From IMG/VR virus record IMGVR_UViG_3300025466_000023, positions 1 to 64,000 of that record: a DNA stretch of 64,000 bases; one strand, given 5' to 3'. The translations under genes and the position numbers were made by a program. This DNA is from a virus. Shown piece after piece: positions 29,597 through 38,898 of the stretch. Position 1 is the first letter of the stretch. Every line of letters starts with the position of its first letter. The notes under the pieces are model-generated. The model was not told where the DNA came from. It saw only the letters and a program-made list of their open reading frames with translations, and made no database searches.

Positions 29597-30702
29597 TGTT
29601 TAATTTCAAATCCTTCTGTAATACCTACCCAGTCGACTAAATTCTTTTGTTGTTTAAGTTTATCCGTATGCATGATTGCAAAGTTCATTATCTGATAAAA
29701 ATACTTGCAATTGCCTTTAGGTTCCTCGTTAAACATTTTATACATATACTTCAATCCACAACTAGCACGACTAGGACAAGTTACGCATGAAGGCAATATC
29801 TTATCATCGTCGCCTATGTCTTTCCAAACCACAGGAGTATCTGTGTCCCACTGTCCTGTTCTAGCTTCGTCTCTGCGATATTCTAACCATTCAAATTCTG
29901 GATAGATATAACCGTCTGGCCCTAATATTAATTTACTATGTTCTGCAAAATAGGCCTTGTCTATAAACTGATAATTTCCATCTATGAACACATTAATTTT
30001 TTTAATATAGAGTATTTGTAAGAACTCTAAAAATGCTTCAAAGAACTGTTTTAAATCAATGTTGTCAACTATCACATCGAATTTCTGTTTTCCTCGTTTA
30101 TGTCTTAGCGGAATTATGTTTACACTAGTACATCTAGTAGTATAACAGGTATTGACAAAATTAGCAATATTATTAAAACTAAAACTTCTACGATCATCTA
30201 TTGGTAAAACCCATTGCCATTTCCATTGTTCGCAATTTTCATTTAGCACCTTGGCCATAGCTTCAACATCAAATGATTCTCTGTTTTGCTCTTGGAACAT
30301 GAAATCATAACTAACTGTTGCGGCCAGTATACCTTTATATTTTTCAAAGAACTCTTTGTTTTCCACTACCAAAGATCCATTTGTAGTCATGCTAACTAGC
30401 CAGTTATTCCTACGTGCAATAGGTTCTAGCCATTCCATTATCTCATACATCCGCTTAATAAACAGCAGAGGTTCACCTCCATGAAAGGAGATTCTAGTTA
30501 TACTATTTGTTTGTTTTTCTGCCCAAAGAAAGAAATTCTTTAGTTTGTCAACTTGCCGAGGCCCTACTGATTGTCCACCAAGGTCCTCGATATAATCTCT
30601 ATCGCAATAAACACAATCAAAGTTACATTTATTACCTAGGTATATTGTAACTATGCGTATTTTATCTAAGGGATTAGGATTTACTAGATTTATTCTTGAC
30701 AT
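29593..30702 (-). CDS. Radical SAM protein with partial SPASM domain
   Basis: CNFDCVYC, FHGGEPL, TTNG; GPDGYIYP lacking the usual Cys; CVTCPSRASC...C. Confidence 0.9.
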   Translation of the reverse strand: MSRINLVNPNPLDKIRIVTIYLGNKCNFDCVYCDRDYIEDLGGQSVGPRQVDKLKNFFLWAEKQTNSITRISFHGGEPLLFIKRMYEIMEWLEPIARRNNWLVSMTTNGSLVVENKEFFEKYKGILAATVSYDFMFQEQNRESFDVEAMAKVLNENCEQWKWQWVLPIDDRRSFSFNNIANFVNTCYTTRCTSVNIIPLRHKRGKQKFDVIVDNIDLKQFFEAFLEFLQILYIKKINVFIDGNYQFIDKAYFAEHSKLILGPDGYIYPEFEWLEYRRDEARTGQWDTDTPVVWKDIGDDDKILPSCVTCPSRASCGLKYMYKMFNEEPKGNCKYFYQIMNFAIMHTDKLKQQKNLVDWVGITEGFEIKQ

Positions 30703-32434
30703 TTTTAATCAACCTGTGATTAAATGTTTCTGTAAGAGCTTTAGTTTCAGACTGTAATATTATTAAATGCAACAATCCTAAGAAAAATGCTCGTTGAGCA
30801 GGATCTAGTGTTTGACTATCCATTTTGTTATCTGTTGGTGCTATGCTTCCTTTATCTAAAATAAAGTAATAGAAATCACTAATTTCCATAATACTGTCAT
30901 CAACTAAACTTACAATTTCTTTAACAAAATTATTAGCACCTTGGGTAAGATTTATTTCTAGATTCATTATTTTACGCCACAGTGATAATAGTTTTCTATA
31001 ATCATCAATTTCATCTATTCCGTTATGGACTTTATCTAAAGAAGGATGGTAATTATAAAAATAATAAAATAACAAATAACTTAATCCTCTAACAAATGCA
31101 GGATGTTCGCCCATTGTTTGTTGTGCAGAAACAATCTTTTCAAACTTCAATTTAAACTGTTTTTTAGCAACGTCTTCTTGCAGATCAACAAACAACTTAA
31201 CAATTTTTTGACACATGTCGTCCGGACGAAACATTTTTGTTCCTGTGTCCAAATTGCCAGCAGGACATTGATAGCAGGCATTTTTGTAATCACAAGTTTG
31301 ACATTGTTCTTCTTCCTCAAACATCTTAGCATATTCTTTTTGGAAGTTTCTATATCTATCAATATAGATTTTGTCTTGCCAAAGGTTACCTAATATTGTT
31401 TCGCCTGTAGGGCCTGCCTTTTGATTAGTAAAGAAATAGCATCCGCTAAAGTCACCTGATCCATCAATAGCAATCATGTCTGCACCAATCATGCAGTTTT
31501 CTTCGCCCTTCTGTCCTACCCCTTCTGAAAAGTGTATGGTCATATCTTCGTGTTCTTCTAGTACTGCTACTATATCATCGTGCAGTTTTTGCCATTCTTC
31601 TTCTCGCCATTGAACGAATCCTCTAGCACTATCTAATACTAATGGATGAACGACTATTCTGCGTATACCTCTAGAATATAAATTGTCAACAAAGTCTCTA
31701 AAATAAGGAGCATTTTCTCTAGCAAGAGTAATCCTCATTGTAACACGTTTTGCGGCTTTAACATCTGCGGGCATACGACTTATGCAGTCCATTACTTTAT
31801 CGATATCCTTCTGCCCGATTTCTCTATGGTCAACTTCAGAGCGATTTGTATCAAGACTGATTAATACTCCTGTAAAGTCGTATGAAAAATATTCATTTAT
31901 AAATTCATCTGTTAACAAAATACCGTTTGTTACCAGACCAATTACTGTATTTGTTTCTCCTGTACAGGTTAGAGATATTTCTTGTTCATTGGTCTTTAAG
32001 AATTGAAGTATTAGCTCTTTGTGTATCAAAGGCTCACCGCCAAAGAACTGAAACACTTTACGTTGTCTTTGGTTGCTGTCTCTAAGGAATCTAAATGCCG
32101 TTAGTAGACTTTCATTTGTAAATCTACCAAAGTCTTTGTTATGCTGTTCGTAACAGTACGTACAACTTAGATTACAAGCATTGGTTAATATTAAATTCAT
32201 CTGCTTCAAATCTTGAAACAAAAATTTACTATCTTTAAAACTTAATATTTGTTCAGTCGGCTTAGGTAGTACGCTTACAAGTCTGTTGGTTTTTTCTAAC
32301 CCTTTAGGGGTTATAATATTTGAGCTATGATATGCAAAGGATCCGTCTTCTGAAACACTAACACTAGATTTATGATCTAGGAATCTTTTCTTTTGTGCTT
32401 CAGTTTTGATCCAGGCAATTGGATGTTCTGCCAT
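30674..32434 (-). CDS. Radical SAM/SPASM protein with C-terminal extension (586 aa)
   Basis: CNLSCTYC, FFGGEPL, VTNG; CMIG...DGSGDFSGC...CQTCDYKNACYQC...MC; start at ATG 32434 overlaps the upstream stop (TAATG). Confidence 0.93.
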   Translation of the reverse strand: MAEHPIAWIKTEAQKKRFLDHKSSVSVSEDGSFAYHSSNIITPKGLEKTNRLVSVLPKPTEQILSFKDSKFLFQDLKQMNLILTNACNLSCTYCYEQHNKDFGRFTNESLLTAFRFLRDSNQRQRKVFQFFGGEPLIHKELILQFLKTNEQEISLTCTGETNTVIGLVTNGILLTDEFINEYFSYDFTGVLISLDTNRSEVDHREIGQKDIDKVMDCISRMPADVKAAKRVTMRITLARENAPYFRDFVDNLYSRGIRRIVVHPLVLDSARGFVQWREEEWQKLHDDIVAVLEEHEDMTIHFSEGVGQKGEENCMIGADMIAIDGSGDFSGCYFFTNQKAGPTGETILGNLWQDKIYIDRYRNFQKEYAKMFEEEEQCQTCDYKNACYQCPAGNLDTGTKMFRPDDMCQKIVKLFVDLQEDVAKKQFKLKFEKIVSAQQTMGEHPAFVRGLSYLLFYYFYNYHPSLDKVHNGIDEIDDYRKLLSLWRKIMNLEINLTQGANNFVKEIVSLVDDSIMEISDFYYFILDKGSIAPTDNKMDSQTLDPAQRAFFLGLLHLIILQSETKALTETFNHRLIKNVKNKSSKS

Positions 32435-32703
32435 TACAATGTACCACGAGTGCAATCACATTGACATTGACAATCGCAAACAGTAGTAAAATCATCATAA
32501 TAAGTGTGAGTATGATTTACAAGATTATTAAGAACGTTTGCCATTGCGGCAAATGTTGAAGCCGAAATACGTTGTCCAGACCCCACAGTTCCAGGTACGC
32601 TTACGCCTTGATTAGGTGCGGAAGTATAGTTAGCGTCCACGTTTCCGTCGGTTACGATCTGTGCATCTACTGTTGCGGTATTTGTTGAAGTTGTATCAGC
32701 CAT
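32434..32703 (-). CDS. Small protein with helix-HxH repeat and Cys-rich C-terminus (candidate radical SAM substrate)
   Basis: 89 aa ending HTHTYYDDFTTVCDCQCQCDCTRGTL; stop overlaps the start of the first radical SAM gene. Confidence 0.8.
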   Translation of the reverse strand: MADTTSTNTATVDAQIVTDGNVDANYTSAPNQGVSVPGTVGSGQRISASTFAAMANVLNNLVNHTHTYYDDFTTVCDCQCQCDCTRGTL

Positions 32704-32705
32704 AA

Positions 32706-33743
32706 TTAATCTCCAGTGTATTTATAACTGCTATTTCGATAAACATCTAAAGTGACTACGCATTTGTTTTCTAGTCCACCTAGACTTCTAGCTGTCTGTG
32801 AAAGACCCATAACAGTATTTTCATTCCATCTAATGTGTATATACCCTTGTTCTTGTCCATCTTTAAACTCAAAATATACCTTATTACTGTCCGGATCTCT
32901 AGTCCAATTTAGGTTAGATATTACTTTAATGTTTACTTTTGGAACTTCTTCTTGATAGCGCCACTGAAAAATGCTGTTTCCGAATGGTTTTAACCAAAAC
33001 TTATCACCCGCAACAATTTTAGAATTACCTAAATAGGCAATATTCTTGCTCATTGAGGGTCTAAAGATTATGTCTCCTATAGACCCAAAATGTGCCTCCG
33101 TAGTCCAAAACCTAACTTCTTCATCTTCCTCTGTATCAAAATACGGAGAAATAGCTGTTAAGTCTGGATTAGGCACTAGATAATAGATAGGCAGTTCTCC
33201 TGTTCTATATAAGAAAAACCATACAATACTTAAAACTTTGCTAGAGCCCGATTTGACCAAAGAACGATCGGGTAAGTAGACAAATTCTGATTTCAAATGA
33301 CCTTCTATTGTCTCTTCATTTTGTGCTAACCTATTTTCACTATCGAGCAATCGAGTAATCCATCTACTGTTGTTAGTAATATATTGATTATCAACATTAG
33401 TATTTTCATCAAATACTGTAGCAAAGGCAACACTTCTGCTAGCAGGATCTTCATCTAAGTAATCAAATGCAGTCTGCATATCTATGTCAATCGAAAGTCT
33501 TTCTCTATTAGGCAGATGTTGTTTAAAGAAGTGATACAACGTTAGCGTAGATTCTTTAGTTTTATTTCTACCTATAGTGATATTAAAATTATTCTTTGAA
33601 AAACAAGATAATCTTTGATAATAATCCCTTGCTTCCCATATACCTAATCCCTTGTAAAATCCCCCTACATTCCACGCATTTTGTATATCTCCCCAAGGAG
33701 TTGGATAATGAGGCAACTGTTGCACTATTACTGTTTTTTTCAT
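32706..33743 (-). CDS. Hypothetical protein in the radical SAM cluster
   Basis: 345-aa ORF coupled to neighbours (ATGA overlap upstream, 2-nt gap downstream); no motif recognised. Confidence 0.75.
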   Translation of the reverse strand: MKKTVIVQQLPHYPTPWGDIQNAWNVGGFYKGLGIWEARDYYQRLSCFSKNNFNITIGRNKTKESTLTLYHFFKQHLPNRERLSIDIDMQTAFDYLDEDPASRSVAFATVFDENTNVDNQYITNNSRWITRLLDSENRLAQNEETIEGHLKSEFVYLPDRSLVKSGSSKVLSIVWFFLYRTGELPIYYLVPNPDLTAISPYFDTEEDEEVRFWTTEAHFGSIGDIIFRPSMSKNIAYLGNSKIVAGDKFWLKPFGNSIFQWRYQEEVPKVNIKVISNLNWTRDPDSNKVYFEFKDGQEQGYIHIRWNENTVMGLSQTARSLGGLENKCVVTLDVYRNSSYKYTGD

Positions 33744-34108
33744 TTTATTGATACCTTTAATATCTTCATACTACCTGTAAATCTAATATCTTCATGTACT
33801 TTAACATCGATATTAATATATTGTATTATACCTTTGTTGGTATTACGTTCTTTCATTAATGTATGCCTTACTGTTATTGGTTCGTCTAAGTATATAGATT
33901 TTTTAAAACGAAACTGTTGTTCAATTAACCAAACAGTAAAATAATTAATATCTGTTTCACCCAATGCCTTGGCCGCGGTTAATAAACCAGGCACTACTAC
34001 TCTATCAGAATCTGCTCGATGCTGTGGGTTTCTATCGTTTCCCATCGCACAAAATGCAGTTATTTCTTCTTGAGTTACTTTAATAGGAAATTCAACATAG
34101 CCTATCAA
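33740..34108 (-). CDS. MaoC-like hotdog-fold dehydratase
   Basis: VTQEEITAFCAMGNDRNPQH...VVPGLLTA...RFKKSIYLDE. Confidence 0.82.
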   Translation of the reverse strand: MIGYVEFPIKVTQEEITAFCAMGNDRNPQHRADSDRVVVPGLLTAAKALGETDINYFTVWLIEQQFRFKKSIYLDEPITVRHTLMKERNTNKGIIQYINIDVKVHEDIRFTGSMKILKVSIK

Positions 34109-34919
34109 TTACATCTCCATAGGTCATTGTTATTCCTAATGCAGACAAAGATAATTTGATCATATCAAGTTCTCCATCTGTTACTTGATTACAATAATCC
34201 GCATCGATAAATTCTAAAGTGTATGTTCTAGTAGTTGACTCTTCTGTGTCAACATCAGATGCTGAGCCGCTGAACATGAAACCGCTGTGTTCTACTTTAG
34301 AAACCCACTTGACCATAAATGCTTGTTCGATGCTATCACCTGGACTAATCTTGGGCGGATACTTAATTGTTTTTGGAATCTCAATACTAATATCTCGACT
34401 CCACAATTTGTTTGGATTGCTGTCTATACAATGATATTCAGCGATAGCCAAGTGCGTTCTATCAAAACAACTAGAATTAAAAGCAGAATGAAAACGACCC
34501 GCTGTGTTATATCTATAACCATACCCGTCAGCCCGTGTTGGAAAAACTTCTGTTTCTTCAAAATCAAAAAAGAAACAACCGGGATTATCATTAATGTGTA
34601 AATGATATTTGTTATCAGGATCCCTATGCCAACGAAGGCACTGATTAGGAATTAGATTTAGAAATGTTCCTCGACTGACTTTAATTGGTAAAGACCTAAT
34701 AAACTTTTCAAATACAGTTCCTTGTATCTCAGGCACAACATTTGGGTTTTCGATATAAAAATACTTAAGGCGATCGACTCCCTCTTTTGGTAAACAAGCA
34801 TTCAGCATGCCCATTCTACTCATGTTATGTTTGATAGCGTTCCATTCTTCTAACACCTGCTGGGGATCGACACGTACGGCAGTACGTTCGATAATATTAC
34901 GCATAAACTGTCTACTCAT
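34092..34919 (-). CDS. Cupin/2OG-Fe(II) hydroxylase (Asp/Asn beta-hydroxylase-like) with C-terminal extension
   Basis: LRWHRD...KYHLHI...FHSAFN...DRTHL. Confidence 0.7.
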   Translation of the reverse strand: MSRQFMRNIIERTAVRVDPQQVLEEWNAIKHNMSRMGMLNACLPKEGVDRLKYFYIENPNVVPEIQGTVFEKFIRSLPIKVSRGTFLNLIPNQCLRWHRDPDNKYHLHINDNPGCFFFDFEETEVFPTRADGYGYRYNTAGRFHSAFNSSCFDRTHLAIAEYHCIDSNPNKLWSRDISIEIPKTIKYPPKISPGDSIEQAFMVKWVSKVEHSGFMFSGSASDVDTEESTTRTYTLEFIDADYCNQVTDGELDMIKLSLSALGITMTYGDVIDRLC

Positions 34920-35245
34920 TATGCTCGTGTCCTAATGCTAGTGTTGTGTATTGAAATGTAGGTTTCTAAATCAAAGTGTCCAAATGGATTATTATCAATT
35001 TGTTCAGCTATTTCGTATTCTAAATCACCGTACCAATTATTTTCCTTGGCAAACTGTTCCGGGTCACAATGCAGTTTTTCAGCTTGTTTATAGGCACTAT
35101 AAGTTCCTACAACATGTTGATGTTCATCATATTTTAAACATACAGCAACTAACACGGCTAGATCACGTGAAGATTTTGTCCATGTATATTCTATTTTTTC
35201 TAAGTTGCCCGTTCTATGTCTAGAAGGTCTTTCACGTGAAAACAT
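34919..35245 (-). CDS. Hypothetical protein
   Basis: 108 aa; upstream TATAAATA and AAGGGG SD; TAATG coupling to the next gene. Confidence 0.7.
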   Translation of the reverse strand: MFSRERPSRHRTGNLEKIEYTWTKSSRDLAVLVAVCLKYDEHQHVVGTYSAYKQAEKLHCDPEQFAKENNWYGDLEYEIAEQIDNNPFGHFDLETYISIHNTSIRTRA

Positions 35246-35295
35246 TGTTTAACCCCTTATTATTAGCGGTATTTATAAGTGCTACTTTAATGATT

Positions 35296-36522
35296 TTAAA
35301 ATGCTGGTATACCGACAACAACAGACGAACATTTACCACCAAAACCGTAGGAGTTTTTAACAAAATGAGATTTAGTTATTGTTTTAGTAGACTTTACGAT
35401 TGTAATGTCTTTTTCGAATTCACAACTGGTAAAATTAGCCACGGGTGGCACTTGTTTAGTTTCTAAACTTTTAATTCCATATATAAGTTCTATAAGACCA
35501 CTAGCACTCATTGTATGACCTATATGGCCTTTATTGCTAGTAATATATGCATTGGGAAATAATTTGTTCATAGCATCGTATTCTATTACATCTCCGGCAG
35601 GTGTAGATGTTGCATGAGCCGACACAAATGCAATGTCATCTTCAATAACTCCACTTCTAGTTAATGCCTGAACTGTGGCACTGGTTGCTCCCATACCATC
35701 TTCAGTTGGACTTGTAGGATGTGCGGTTTCTGTATAAAATCCTATGCCACATATTTCAGCAAGAATAGTAGCACCTCTAGCCTGTGCATGTTCTAAAGTT
35801 TCTACCACAACAACTCCTGCACCTTCTCCTAAAATAAATCCATCACGTGTATCGCTAAAGGGTTGGCTAATATAATCTTCATCGCGCTTGCTCAATGCAC
35901 GTAAAACTTGGAAGAAGTACATATCGTATTTTTCAACCATAGCATCAGTACCACCAACAACTGCTATGTCACAATCCCCTGCGGCTAAGCATTTAATGCC
36001 ATAATCTAAAGTGTAGATTCCCGTAGCACATGCACTAACCATTACTGTGCTAGGACCATGCCACCCGTATTTGGCCGCAACTGCACCCGTAGTAAAGTCA
36101 TAGCTAATGCCTAATGTTTGAAATGGGTTGGCTTTAGTTTTGCCAGAATTGTAAGCTATTTCGACTATGTTTCTAGCATCGTTGCCGCCACTGATACTAG
36201 ATATTAATGTAGCTACATTGGTAGTAGTAAATCCACTTTGTCTAACTGCTTCGTCTACGGCCAACATTGCGGCCTTGGTCAATAAGGGCCAATTGCGTGA
36301 CTCGTGTTCTGTATAAACTGTTTGTTCTAATTGGTCTAGATCGGGAAGCTCAAAGGCTCTATGGACTAGCATGGCGGGATCTGTACGAGTATCCCAACTA
36401 TCGACCTTAGGGGTGGGCTGTTTACTGTTGAACAATTTGGTAAAGGTATTATCAACACCAGAACCTAGTGAATTTACTAGGCCCATGCCTGTGATAACAA
36501 ATCGTGTGCTGGGAAGTTTCAT
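35296..36522 (-). CDS. fabF: Beta-ketoacyl-ACP synthase (FabF/FabB family)
   Basis: VITGMG, SACATG (catalytic Cys), GFILGEGAG, AHATSTPAGD, KGHIGHT, NSYGFGG. Confidence 0.92.
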   Translation of the reverse strand: MKLPSTRFVITGMGLVNSLGSGVDNTFTKLFNSKQPTPKVDSWDTRTDPAMLVHRAFELPDLDQLEQTVYTEHESRNWPLLTKAAMLAVDEAVRQSGFTTTNVATLISSISGGNDARNIVEIAYNSGKTKANPFQTLGISYDFTTGAVAAKYGWHGPSTVMVSACATGIYTLDYGIKCLAAGDCDIAVVGGTDAMVEKYDMYFFQVLRALSKRDEDYISQPFSDTRDGFILGEGAGVVVVETLEHAQARGATILAEICGIGFYTETAHPTSPTEDGMGATSATVQALTRSGVIEDDIAFVSAHATSTPAGDVIEYDAMNKLFPNAYITSNKGHIGHTMSASGLIELIYGIKSLETKQVPPVANFTSCEFEKDITIVKSTKTITKSHFVKNSYGFGGKCSSVVVGIPAF

Positions 36523-36568
36523 ATCAGCTGTATTTAAAGCTGATATTTTTTTAAATCACTAATAGTGA

Positions 36569-36946
36569 TTATCTAGTTGTATTATCGTTTTCGTAGTGTG
36601 TATGACCAGCAATAGTGTTTAATACACTGATTGCGGCATTTACTCCGGCCGCAGAAATTTGTTGCCCTGAGCTAGCAGTTCCTATACTTATTGACTGTGC
36701 GGGGCCATTAGTGTTGTTTGCAACACTATAAGTGTTCCTATCACCATTACTACCAAATGTAGCTTCTTGCTCGATATCAGTCCAGCTATGATAATGGCTC
36801 GCAAACTGATTAATAGCATTGCAAATACTGTTAATGTCCGAGGCATTAATTCTGTTTCCCGAATAAAAAGCGCCTGTGTTAGGGCTCGGAGTACCTGCTT
36901 GCCAATTTGGACCGCCTGTAGTTCCCGTTCCTGAACCTGTTCCCAT
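36569..36946 (-). CDS. Small protein with two helix-HxH repeats
   Basis: 125 aa; SGNRINAS...ASHYHSWTD and SGQQISAA...AGHTHYEND. Confidence 0.8.
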   Translation of the reverse strand: MGTGSGTGTTGGPNWQAGTPSPNTGAFYSGNRINASDINSICNAINQFASHYHSWTDIEQEATFGSNGDRNTYSVANNTNGPAQSISIGTASSGQQISAAGVNAAISVLNTIAGHTHYENDNTTR

Positions 36947-36947
36947 A

Positions 36948-37508
36948 TTATGCTCCTAGTGTGATTACCTTAGTATATATCGTTTGATCTCCGCCTTGTG
37001 GAACTAGATAATATATGTTCCTTGCTTGAATATTATATTCTGTTAATAGCGGTCGAATAAAGATATTTTCAAATAGTGTAGTTAATTGCGCAGTATTACT
37101 GTTACAACTGTTTACTTGGTTCTCTAACCATTCTACAGATTTGGCACTATTGTTAATCCAATCTTGTGCAACAAAGTCACTATAGATATTTTCGTACCCT
37201 GGATCTAGAAAAATATCTTGGCTAGCATCGTACCCTTGGGCAACAAGGCTAGTAGTTAACCAATCAGCTAATTTCATTTGTCTAGTAGAGCCCATTTTCA
37301 GCACATCAAAAAAGTCTTGATTAGATGTGTTATTAATTACTCCAATAATCTGTTGTCCTGAAACGGGAGATCCGTTTAGTGTCAATGCTTGCATGCAGGG
37401 ATGACTTAATGCAAATTGAATAAAGATGCTAGAAGTGGAATAAGTGTTAGTAGCTGTATTGATTGCTACGGCAGTCCATGAAAACGTAGATGAAGTTGTG
37501 TCTGACAT
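36948..37508 (-). CDS. Hypothetical protein
   Basis: 186 aa; coupled to neighbours; S/T-rich N-terminus MSDTTSST. Confidence 0.7.
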   Translation of the reverse strand: MSDTTSSTFSWTAVAINTATNTYSTSSIFIQFALSHPCMQALTLNGSPVSGQQIIGVINNTSNQDFFDVLKMGSTRQMKLADWLTTSLVAQGYDASQDIFLDPGYENIYSDFVAQDWINNSAKSVEWLENQVNSCNSNTAQLTTLFENIFIRPLLTEYNIQARNIYYLVPQGGDQTIYTKVITLGA

Positions 37509-37762
37509 TAGCTGTGATCTCCACCATAGTTTTTAACAGGACCATTTGGCGCTGTTTTAACTTTCTTGCCACGTAAGGGCTTTCCAGAACCTTTCTTACC
37601 CTGTGTACCCGATCCGTCTGTGTGATCGGAGTCATGGGCAACATAGCCCCTGCTAACGCATTGTGCATAACGCACATTGGATAAGCGTGAATGCCCCACC
37701 GAGCATTGGCTACGAGTGGGGGCTTTGAGTTTCTTTTCAGTTAATAGTTCGGTGATGCGCAT
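37508..37762 (-). CDS. Hypothetical basic protein
   Basis: 84 aa MRITELLTE...; TAAATA-N5-ATG. Confidence 0.7.
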   Translation of the reverse strand: MRITELLTEKKLKAPTRSQCSVGHSRLSNVRYAQCVSRGYVAHDSDHTDGSGTQGKKGSGKPLRGKKVKTAPNGPVKNYGGDHS

Positions 37763-37770
37763 ACAGTTAT

Positions 37771-38481
37771 TTAGTTTGCCTGGGCTGTACGTGCTCCGTC
37801 CCTTTCACCGTAAAAGAAATGTCCACCTATACGGCCTAGCCTGTGCTTCTGACCAGCCCATGAAGGGTGAATTCGTGTTGCATGAAAGTAAAGTGCATCC
37901 GAATACTTGTCACGCATATCGGAATACGAGTCTTCGTTAGCTAATAGATTCATAGCCACTTCTTGACTTTCGATCCAACGTTCATCCGAGCTCTTGGGTT
38001 TGCTGACTGTCATGCAGTTCCATGAGAATTGACATACTGCCAGTTTGTTCCAAACAGTCATGCGTTCGGTTTTCTGTTCAGTTTTTCCAAACCAACCTAC
38101 CTTTACATCTCGGGTCACGGTTTGTGTCTTGGGAACATCGACGACTAACTTCTGATTTACTACACCACATATAGTAGGTGAGAATCTTCCATCTTGAGCT
38201 CGATTTAGAGTAACTAGGCCTACGGCTATCTTGCCCTCTTTGGGCTCGCTACCTGCTTCATAGAATATATTCCTTGCTAGACAGGCTAGTTCTTTTGGAT
38301 TAACAATGGGACTCACTAGAGTGTCCACTGTTGAGTGTAGCTTATCCTTTGCTTCATCAACAAAGTTGTATGCTACTGTGAATTGACCCTCTTGTGTCGG
38401 GGCCTCGGCATGACCGGGTGCCATTACGGTCAGGGCCGATACTGCTACTAACGCCATTACGACTGAGCGTGTTATAGACAT
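37771..38481 (-). CDS. Cell wall hydrolase, SleB/Hydrolase_2 family
   Basis: CLARNIFYEAGSEP..GKIAV..VTLNR, CQFSW, ALYFHA, IGGHFFY; N-terminal signal peptide; GGAGG SD. Confidence 0.9.
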   Translation of the reverse strand: MSITRSVVMALVAVSALTVMAPGHAEAPTQEGQFTVAYNFVDEAKDKLHSTVDTLVSPIVNPKELACLARNIFYEAGSEPKEGKIAVGLVTLNRAQDGRFSPTICGVVNQKLVVDVPKTQTVTRDVKVGWFGKTEQKTERMTVWNKLAVCQFSWNCMTVSKPKSSDERWIESQEVAMNLLANEDSYSDMRDKYSDALYFHATRIHPSWAGQKHRLGRIGGHFFYGERDGARTAQAN

Positions 38482-38616
38482 ATATCTGTCCTCCTTTGGT
38501 TGTTTACTGCTGTCTGTGTGTCAAATCCTTTTAAGGGTAAGTTTAGTTAATGCAATATTCTAATACTAAGGTAAGAATAGGCCAAAAATGACCTATTTTT
38601 ACTATTATAGCGGGTT

Positions 38617-38817
38617 TTAACTGTTTTCGCTATCGTTTTGAACATCTGGAGTATTACCGCGAGGCTTACGCTCTTTCTTTGGTACTATGAGTGAGTGTAG
38701 ATCTGCTTGTATGGTCATTCGCTTGACATGTCCACGCATTTCTTTATCTGTAATAGATGCTAGGAAACATTTGTTCTGTCTGCTCATTTTGTAGTTTGGT
38801 CCTGGTTTTAAGTACAT
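38617..38817 (-). CDS. Hypothetical protein (66 aa, MYLKPGPNYKM...)
   Basis: AAGGAG SD upstream of ATG 38817. Confidence 0.6.
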   Translation of the reverse strand: MYLKPGPNYKMSRQNKCFLASITDKEMRGHVKRMTIQADLHSLIVPKKERKPRGNTPDVQNDSENS

Positions 38818-38898
38818 GTTGTCTATTGACTCCTTTTGTATAGTTATGTTATACTCAAGACTAGTATAACACAAATTGACGGAGCCGTAAATACCTAT

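Noticed and set aside
34919-35245. Acyl carrier protein partner for FabF
   Set aside because: No D-S-L phosphopantetheine motif or acidic helical ACP pattern.
20500-37508. Host chromosomal segment or chimeric assembly (isc, infA, fabF)
   Set aside because: These genes are interleaved with phage-type genes, share the TAAATA start motif, and lack the rest of the bacterial isc and fab operons.
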